Source of the DNA: a virus
DNA: 64,000 bases
Reading direction: 5' to 3' (one strand)
IMG/VR virus record: IMGVR_UViG_3300044730_001822
Span: 1 to 64,000 of that record
Shown: one piece after another, positions 57,784-64,000 of the stretch
How positions within the stretch are numbered: position 1 is the stretch's first letter
Layout: each line of letters begins with the position of its first letter
Program-made: the position numbers and the translations under genes
The notes under the pieces: generated by a model
The model's database searches: none
What the model was told of the DNA's origin: nothing
What the model saw: the letters and a program-made list of their open reading frames with translations, nothing else

Positions 57784-59391
57784 TTATGTTGGCCATGCCA
57801 ACAAGTTATAACTGACTCCACCAATGGTAATAGTCACGGTCTTGACAGTAGCCGGGGCTGCATTTGCTGCGCCGCTGATAGTAATACTGGCATAGTCCAG
57901 CGTGTTACCATTTACCACAACAAGATTACCATTGTAAGTGTTGGCATCTTCGGGTACTACTTTATCAATGCTACCAATGGCCAGTATACCTGCATTCGCG
58001 CCAATGTCGCCCGTGAGATTAATATTACCGTTGACTTCTAGTTGATATTCTTCGTAGGCATTTCCAACGCCGGTATTTATAATCAGTGGAACACCACATT
58101 GAATATTACTGGTATTGTTGGCTAAATCTACAATATAATTGAATTCGTTTAGGCCTTCGGTGGCGTTGCCACCGTTGTATTGGAATGCACCAACGTTGCC
58201 TGCAGGCGTAGCAGTGATGTTGCCAAACAATAAAGCACCGTTGCCGCTGGTCAAAAGTGCTTGACCAGCATCTCCTCCGTAGATCATGACATTGCCAGCA
58301 TCGCCAAGATTGGCCGAAGATGCCACTGTTATAGCATTGGGGTTGAAGTTTCCAGTGTAAGTGGGCAAGTAGTTGGCTACATTGGCATTACTATAGTTAA
58401 GATTAGACAGTTGACTGCCGTCGCCAACAAAATAGTTGGCAGTTATGTTGCCCAACAAAGTAACTTGGGCAGTGGCCACATCAAAGGTAAATTGGCTATC
58501 TGAATCAGCATTGCCATCGTTGTTGAATATAACACCAGAATTTGGTCCAGGCACTATGAGATTGCCAATGACATTGCCTAGTATGTTACCGTATAGATTG
58601 CCAATGACATTGCCTGCTGAGATATTGGCCTGAGTAGTGATATTGCCCAGGCCAATTGATAAGTTAATGGTAGTGTTACTTTCTAGATATGTTTTGACAT
58701 TGGTATTATCATAGCCACCGTTGGCTGTGCGGATATTGCCAAAAAAGTATCCGCCATTGCTGCCGCTGGATATAGACCAAATATTGCCGCTGACATTTAG
58801 TCTTCCTGTGATGTCAACGTTGCTGCCAAACAAAGCCTGTCCAGCCACATTTGAGTCGCCGCCTATGTTGGCATAACCACCGACAGTGATATTTCCAGCA
58901 AGACCGGCGCTGCCGTTTGAAACTATGTTTTGCACTCTGATATTACCAGCCCAGAGGTTGCCGTAGTCGACCACTGATACTATGTCGTTGCTGATGGTGT
59001 TGTTAGATGCTATGATAAGATTGCCAGTGGAATTGTCCCAACCAAAAAATGCATTACCACGATTGGTTTGATAGTACTCAAGATAAAGACCACGGTCTCT
59101 ACCATCATCTACAGTCAAAGGCTGGCCATTGGGGCCTGTGCCTGCAATAATAATGGGATCTTCAACCACCAGTGTGTTGGCGTTGATATAACTGATGTTG
59201 CCTTGCACCCGAAGATTACCTTCAATGATAGAATCTCCCAAAGTCAATGTATTACCGTAGAAATTGACTTGTGTGCTGTAAATTTCAGTGTTGGCATTAC
59301 CCCTGCGGACATTACCAACTATAGATTGATATATCTCCGAAGATCCAGTGAATATGGTATAGGTGCCCGAAGTGCGTTTTGATGATGGCAT
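57784..59391 (-). CDS. Fibre-like virion protein
   Basis: GNL.V.G...VEDP...DRG...FFGWD motif; GNI/ANV repeats; shares YSNANVANYLPTY with the long fibre. Confidence 0.7.
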   Translation of the reverse strand: MPSSKRTSGTYTIFTGSSEIYQSIVGNVRRGNANTEIYSTQVNFYGNTLTLGDSIIEGNLRVQGNISYINANTLVVEDPIIIAGTGPNGQPLTVDDGRDRGLYLEYYQTNRGNAFFGWDNSTGNLIIASNNTISNDIVSVVDYGNLWAGNIRVQNIVSNGSAGLAGNITVGGYANIGGDSNVAGQALFGSNVDITGRLNVSGNIWSISSGSNGGYFFGNIRTANGGYDNTNVKTYLESNTTINLSIGLGNITTQANISAGNVIGNLYGNILGNVIGNLIVPGPNSGVIFNNDGNADSDSQFTFDVATAQVTLLGNITANYFVGDGSQLSNLNYSNANVANYLPTYTGNFNPNAITVASSANLGDAGNVMIYGGDAGQALLTSGNGALLFGNITATPAGNVGAFQYNGGNATEGLNEFNYIVDLANNTSNIQCGVPLIINTGVGNAYEEYQLEVNGNINLTGDIGANAGILAIGSIDKVVPEDANTYNGNLVVVNGNTLDYASITISGAANAAPATVKTVTITIGGVSYNLLAWPT

Positions 59392-59434
59392 TCTTTATTA
59401 TCCAGTTTGTATTATTTAGTGGTTTTGCAAATGT

Positions 59435-59466
59435 AAAAAATCCCCGTATCTTGCGATGCCGGGGAT
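59435..59466 (-). terminator. Intrinsic terminator
   Basis: ATCCCCG(GCATC)-GCAA-(GATA)CGGGGAT followed by a T-run on the minus strand. Confidence 0.75.
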
Positions 59467-59488
59467 CCGTTGCAATACAACCGGTGAT

Positions 59489-59980
59489 TTAGGTGCTGGG
59501 GATCTGAACGATGTCAAATCTACCGCTGGTACCCGAACCGTCGGGCTGTACACTAGCGTTGGCTGTAGAAAATGTCAGATAGTGACCAACGTTGCTGAAA
59601 TCCACACCATAGTTGTTTTGGATATACTGCATGGTAACATTGGCAGCAGCAGCATCTGTGGCCACAATGGCCATTTGATTTTCTGTCAACGCAGCAACAT
59701 CATCGGTGTTGACCAGCACACAGATGTTGGCAAAGGCCTGCGTGGTATCTGTGGTCAGCGTGACCAGGAACTTGCGCTTGCCTTTTTGGCGGATGATGTA
59801 GGCTTCACCTGCGCCTGCACCGGGTACGTTAGCGATAACATTGGCAGCGATATACAGTGTGTTGCTGACCACTGTATTACCACCAACCACACCAACGTTG
59901 GGCGTGGATGTAGGATAACCAATGTCTACCTGCACGGATTGAGCAGTGTTATATTTTGCGATTTTGAGTGGGCGTCCCAT
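59489..59980 (-). CDS. Small late virion protein
   Basis: MGRPLKIAK...YIIRQKGKRKFLV; strong SD, own promoter and terminator. Confidence 0.7.
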   Translation of the reverse strand: MGRPLKIAKYNTAQSVQVDIGYPTSTPNVGVVGGNTVVSNTLYIAANVIANVPGAGAGEAYIIRQKGKRKFLVTLTTDTTQAFANICVLVNTDDVAALTENQMAIVATDAAAANVTMQYIQNNYGVDFSNVGHYLTFSTANASVQPDGSGTSGRFDIVQIPST

Positions 59981-60061
59981 TTATTTCTCCTTGTTTAGAT
60001 TGGGCTGACGTTCTAGGTCATACGCAGGGACCTGCATAAGTCTTGAGCGACTAGATATTTA
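59981..60061 (-). promoter_or_regulatory. Late promoter plus structured 5' UTR (candidate cis-regulatory RNA)
   Basis: TAAATA at 60056-60061, then three contiguous hairpins before AAGGAG. Confidence 0.5.
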
Positions 60062-60078
60062 GCGTCTGAGCAAGGAAT

Positions 60079-60360
60079 CTAAGGTGTGACCACAGTCATT
60101 TGCTGGGTCACAGGATCATAGTACAGTGGATAGGATCCTGCAGGAACCACATTGCCTGCGGACACAGCAATGCCGCTGGCAACCAAGGTCAACTGGCCCA
60201 GGCTGTTGCCTATGTAAAGATTGGTAGTGCCTTGTGCTACTACCAGTTCTCCGGGTCTGGCATTGCCATCGTAGTCCACGATAGATACCTGTGCATTGTC
60301 TTTCATGACAGCGCGGGTGATACCTGTTATATCACTGTAAGGAGGTGGTGAATTAGCCAT
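60079..60360 (-). CDS. Small late virion protein
   Basis: 93 aa; TAAATA 7 nt upstream; RPGELVV...LYIGN motif. Confidence 0.65.
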   Translation of the reverse strand: MANSPPPYSDITGITRAVMKDNAQVSIVDYDGNARPGELVVAQGTTNLYIGNSLGQLTLVASGIAVSAGNVVPAGSYPLYYDPVTQQMTVVTP

Positions 60361-60383
60361 AGTGTTGTATTTATTAGATCAAC

Positions 60384-60408
60384 AAAAAGCCCCTTGCGGG
60401 GCTCTTTT
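60384..60408 (-). terminator. Intrinsic terminator
   Basis: AGCCCC-GCAA-GGGGCT followed by a T-run. Confidence 0.8.
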
Positions 60409-60628
60409 ACTGCTGGCTTACAAACCGGTTGAGTTTTTCAGCTTCTGCTATCACTGTGTCGGTTGTGGGAAAATCCGGCAGTGCAGGAAAGTGGGCAGAC
60501 TTGTCGCTTTCAAATCGGCTGTGGAATTCCTGGATCAGTGCATCGCGGCGCTGGAAGATGGGTGTTACCAATACTTCGTTGGCCAGCTTGAGTAGTTCGA
60601 GACGAATCTCGTAAGGTGTTTTGCTCAT
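60407..60628 (-). CDS. Small hypothetical protein of T4-like phages
   Basis: MSKTPYEIRLELLKLA...FPT...VI..AE.L..FVS; AAGGAG SD. Confidence 0.75.
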   Translation of the reverse strand: MSKTPYEIRLELLKLANEVLVTPIFQRRDALIQEFHSRFESDKSAHFPALPDFPTTDTVIAEAEKLNRFVSQQ

Positions 60629-60701
60629 GGTAGACTCCTTTCTGTGTGATGTGTATGTGCTACACGAGCAACAATACTTAGCGGTAGATTTTGTAGTCAA
60701 C

Positions 60702-60727
60702 AAAAAAGCACCTTGCGGTGCTTCTTT
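60702..60727 (-). terminator. Terminator of the capsid operon
   Basis: AAGCACC-GCAA-GGTGCTT followed by a T-run. Confidence 0.85.
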
Positions 60728-60766
60728 GTCCTTCCCATCCCTGAGAAGTAAACTTTGATTCTCTGA

Positions 60767-61960
60767 TTAGGAGAAAGAAAGATTCTGAACAGCGATCTCG
60801 CCAACATAGTCGCCTGCGTTGCCGAAGGACGATGCTGTGTTCGTGAGTTCGATATACCCGTAACGAGTCATAAACGAAACGACTGGCTCGAATGTGCTGG
60901 GATCCAGAACAACACCGCTTGACATCAAAGGAATGTATGGGCAGTAGAATGCTGGAGCATCAGCTTCGCTGGAGCCTTTGTAGCCAACCAGAACTGGTGT
61001 TGAGTCGTTAGCATAGCTATCAACATAAACACGCATAGCACTGTTGAGTGTACCAACAAACTTGGTGTTTGTGGGTGCTTCAAATGTGCCTTCTGTTGTG
61101 CGAGCAAAAGCAGAAGTTGTTGCGCTCTGGAGCACTGTCAAGGAAGCGGGCGAAACTACAGCGTAGTTGCCTGCACCACGACGTGTGCGCTGAGCGATCA
61201 GGTTAGCAACACGATTGATCAGAACTGCCAGTGCGGCGTGCTCATCACCAACGTAGGTTGCTGTACCAGAAACGGTAGCCTGGTTGTATGTGAACTCTGT
61301 TGCAGCCAATGAACGCAGGCTCAGCAGGATCTCTTGGTCGATTTCAGTTGTGATCTCTTGTGCGAGAGCAGCCATGATTTCGGCCTCGACATCGATACCG
61401 TGCATTGCTTGTGCGTCTTGTGCAGCTTCAAATGTCCAACGAGCCTGGAGCTTACGTGTCTTGGCTTCAACGGCCTGCTTCAGGATTTGAACGGAAATCT
61501 TACGACCGCCGTCGCCTTCTAAAGCTGCTGTGTTTGAACCAGTGTAAGTGCTCTGAGTTGCGCTTGTGCTTGCACCAGCAGAGTATGCTGTTGCAATCAA
61601 GAACGGGCTCAGTGCTTCCTGGCCAGCTGTGACAGATGTCTGTGCAGCTGATGTGTCTGTCATGCTTTGTGCATAACGAACACGCAGAGTGTGGATCTGA
61701 CCAACGGGGCCAGTCATGGGCTGTACACCAACGAGTTCGTTGGCAATAACAGTTGGCATAACACGGCGGATCACTGGAAGGATCACACGATTCAGTGTAG
61801 CGATATTACCGCTAACTGTGGTACCTGCAGATGACTCTTTCAGGTACTTGCGAGTGTTTTCTAAAACTACACCCATTGTGCTGCGACGGGAACCATTGAG
61901 TCCTTCTAGTAGGGCTTCTTTGGTCTCGTCCCAACGGCTTTCTAACAGTTCTTGTGACAT
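60767..61960 (-). CDS. gp23: Major capsid protein
   Basis: RRVMP..IA..LVGVQPMTGPVG.I..LR, VEAKTRKL.A.WT.EAAQD....HG.D.EAE, FYCPYIPL, TRYG. Confidence 0.97.
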   Translation of the reverse strand: MSQELLESRWDETKEALLEGLNGSRRSTMGVVLENTRKYLKESSAGTTVSGNIATLNRVILPVIRRVMPTVIANELVGVQPMTGPVGQIHTLRVRYAQSMTDTSAAQTSVTAGQEALSPFLIATAYSAGASTSATQSTYTGSNTAALEGDGGRKISVQILKQAVEAKTRKLQARWTFEAAQDAQAMHGIDVEAEIMAALAQEITTEIDQEILLSLRSLAATEFTYNQATVSGTATYVGDEHAALAVLINRVANLIAQRTRRGAGNYAVVSPASLTVLQSATTSAFARTTEGTFEAPTNTKFVGTLNSAMRVYVDSYANDSTPVLVGYKGSSEADAPAFYCPYIPLMSSGVVLDPSTFEPVVSFMTRYGYIELTNTASSFGNAGDYVGEIAVQNLSFS

Positions 61961-61987
61961 GATTCTCTCCTGTTTCTTGTCGTAAGA

Positions 61988-63088
61988 TTAAAGCCCTGCC
62001 AGTCTCTTGAGCTCAATGACGTTTGATGCGTCATCAGACTTGGGTTTGACGGCAGATTTATCACCAGTGACTTCTTTGTGTACGCTTTCGGTAATGGTCT
62101 GTTTTGCAACAGCCACTTTCCGAGCGGCGTTCTCAAGAACTGCTGGTAGATACTTTTCAAAAGCAGTGCGAAGACGAGGTGTTTGCACGCTTTCTAGTAA
62201 GTTACGCATGATTTCTGCTTTTTCCTCGTTTAAAGGATTAAGCAATTCATCCATAGTGCGGCTACGCTCTGTGGACTCCTTGATCATACGAACTTCACGT
62301 TCCTTGTTCTCAACCAATACTTTGGCAGCATTAGTTGATTCAATGGCTTCGGCCAATTTCTGTTCTTTGTCAGCAATCACAGCCCGGAGCTTGCGTACTT
62401 CGGCATTCTCATTGAGATGAGTGCCTGCAAACTCTGTGACATATGCTTCAAAGATACGACGACCAAAATTGTTCTCGCGAGCAATTTTAACGTCTTCTTT
62501 GAGCTGAGTAAGTTCAGAACGTAGATGTTCAGCAACACGCTGACCTAACTTGGCAGCAGATTCTTTTACAAACTGCTGTTTCAATGCTGTGAGTTGCTTC
62601 TTGGCTTCAGACACAAGTTTGACTTTGGTGTTAACCACGTCACGCTTGTCCTGGGCAAATTCAGTAATCTCACGAGCCAAAGCTTCAATCACAAACTTTT
62701 CCAAACGGTCCACGCTCTCGGTGTGAGTGCGACGGTCCGAACGTAGTTCTTTGATTTCCTCAGCAAGTTTACCAACCATGAAGTTGTTGAACTTCTCGGC
62801 TGATTCTTTCATCTTGACTTGGAAACGCACACGGTCTTCATTGAGACCACGGCGCTCTTCTTGGAACTCTTGTAATTCGGCTTGGAGGCCTTCGGTTACC
62901 ATGCGATCTAGGGCTTCGACCATAACTGACTTGTCATGCTCATAGCGTTGTGCAAATTCCTCGCGGAGTTCTGCACGCACCTGCTCACGAGCTTCATTTA
63001 GTTTGGCCTCAAATGCTTCTGTGATGGCTTCACCAGTTGACTCGTTGATCAGTTGGCTATCTAGCAATGGTTTGATTGCGTCTAGCAT
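61988..63088 (-). CDS. gp22: Prohead core scaffold protein
   Basis: Long E/K-rich coiled coil between gp21 and gp23; FEA motifs; ends LKRLAGL. Confidence 0.85.
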   Translation of the reverse strand: MLDAIKPLLDSQLINESTGEAITEAFEAKLNEAREQVRAELREEFAQRYEHDKSVMVEALDRMVTEGLQAELQEFQEERRGLNEDRVRFQVKMKESAEKFNNFMVGKLAEEIKELRSDRRTHTESVDRLEKFVIEALAREITEFAQDKRDVVNTKVKLVSEAKKQLTALKQQFVKESAAKLGQRVAEHLRSELTQLKEDVKIARENNFGRRIFEAYVTEFAGTHLNENAEVRKLRAVIADKEQKLAEAIESTNAAKVLVENKEREVRMIKESTERSRTMDELLNPLNEEKAEIMRNLLESVQTPRLRTAFEKYLPAVLENAARKVAVAKQTITESVHKEVTGDKSAVKPKSDDASNVIELKRLAGL

Positions 63089-63097
63089 TACGATCTC

Positions 63098-63748
63098 CTA
63101 AATCTTCAGATCCTTGATGAACTTTACAATCTCGTTCTTCAAGTGTTTCTGTGCAAGTGTGTCACCGCCCACAGCATTCTTGCTCATATCAAACATTCTA
63201 TGTCCGTATCTCATGTTCATGAGGCTTTCATACACTGTTCGAGGATAAGCGTTTGGTGCTGATGGCTGTGCCACGATGTCGACAGTGACGATTTCAAAGT
63301 CACTGACACGTCCGGTCGCGTCATCAACATTACCTGATCCGCGACTCGAAACTCCTAATTTCACACCCGACTGCAGCATTGTATCAACTAACTTGCCCAT
63401 GGGTGTGGGTAACAACTTCAGTTTACCTATGCCGTTGGGGCCATCCATCCACATTTTCTGGATCATATGGCTCACACGGTCTAGATTAATTTTTAAATCT
63501 TCTGGATGATCTACTTCACCGCATACAGAGAAACCACCGTTGATCTGCTCATTGAGCTGATCCACTGCTGATCTGATCTGTTGCACTGGGTATACTCGTC
63601 CGTTGGCGTTTTTAACGTCACCCTGGATAAAGATGCCTTCCATGAAAGTGGAAGGCTCTTTACCTGGAGCTTCTTCTCGGCTCTCAACTACGATCTTAGC
63701 AGCATCGTAACTGAGAACTTCTTGTAAGTGACGGTTCCCTTTAAACAT
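63098..63748 (-). CDS. gp21: Prohead protease
   Basis: GIFIQ..VKN.NGRVYP, GE.DHP, RVSH, GVSSRGSG, DIVA.PSAP.A. Confidence 0.96.
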   Translation of the reverse strand: MFKGNRHLQEVLSYDAAKIVVESREEAPGKEPSTFMEGIFIQGDVKNANGRVYPVQQIRSAVDQLNEQINGGFSVCGEVDHPEDLKINLDRVSHMIQKMWMDGPNGIGKLKLLPTPMGKLVDTMLQSGVKLGVSSRGSGNVDDATGRVSDFEIVTVDIVAQPSAPNAYPRTVYESLMNMRYGHRMFDMSKNAVGGDTLAQKHLKNEIVKFIKDLKI

Positions 63749-63753
63749 CTAAA

Positions 63754-64000
63754 TTAACTCTTGATTGCCTTCAAAGGACTCTTGGTATTAACACCCGAAG
63801 CCTGGCTCAGCGTGGGCTTGGTAGCAGGTTTCATGGGAGCCATGTTTTTGCCAGCAGTGTTCTGCAGGCCAGACTCAATGTCAGGTGCTTTTTGTGTTGT
63901 TGGTGCCTTGGTACCATCGGGATTCTCGGCAGTAAACTTGCTGGAAGCAGGTTTGGCCACCGAACCAGTTACACTGGCGCCGGCATTGTTAGCGTTTGGG
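63754..64000 (-). CDS. C-terminal part of a probable prohead core protein (starts outside the window)
   Basis: The frame is open to the window edge; low-complexity sequence ending VNTKSPLKAIKS; immediately upstream of gp21. Confidence 0.65.
   Translation of the reverse strand, partial: PNANNAGASVTGSVAKPASSKFTAENPDGTKAPTTQKAPDIESGLQNTAGKNMAPMKPATKPTLSQASGVNTKSPLKAIKS

Noticed and set aside
1-64000. Stop-codon reassignment, as in some large phages
   Set aside because: Core genes are full length in the standard code and end with TAA, TAG and TGA.
1-64000. The many 60-250 aa ORFs antisense to or out of frame within core genes (e.g. 5117..5878, 24724..25416, 37881..38564)
   Set aside because: They are shadow ORFs of well-supported genes, with no motifs, promoters or RBS.

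Overview
The window is a densely coding, roughly 64 kb segment of a large T4-like myovirus genome in the standard genetic code, mostly on the minus strand. Head module: gp21 protease, gp22 scaffold, gp23 capsid. Neck and tail: gp13, gp14, gp15, a very large gp18 sheath, gp19 tube and gp4. Packaging: a probable small terminase and the gp17 large terminase, separated by a cassette of about 10 kb of probable internal head proteins. Replication and recombination: gp32, UvsX, UvsY, UvsW, gp61 primase, gp41 helicase, a gp62-like protein and a 194-aa mini DnaE-like polymerase. There are also many fibre, lectin and Gly-rich adhesin genes and several auxiliary enzymes. Near-consensus sigma70 promoters and T4-type late promoters (TAAATA) are visible, and many sit so close to the start codon that the mRNAs should be leaderless. 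The main candidate novelties are: (1) a minimal family-C polymerase operon; (2) a head-cargo system of proteins tagged with T4 IP-like N-terminal signals, including an alternating paralogue/enzyme array and an apparent protease-cleavable polyprotein; (3) six dispersed adhesin genes that share a short N-terminal peptide; (4) several candidate RNA regulatory elements. No tRNA, rRNA, CRISPR array, integrase or reverse transcriptase was seen. All product calls come from motifs recognised by eye; no database searches were run.
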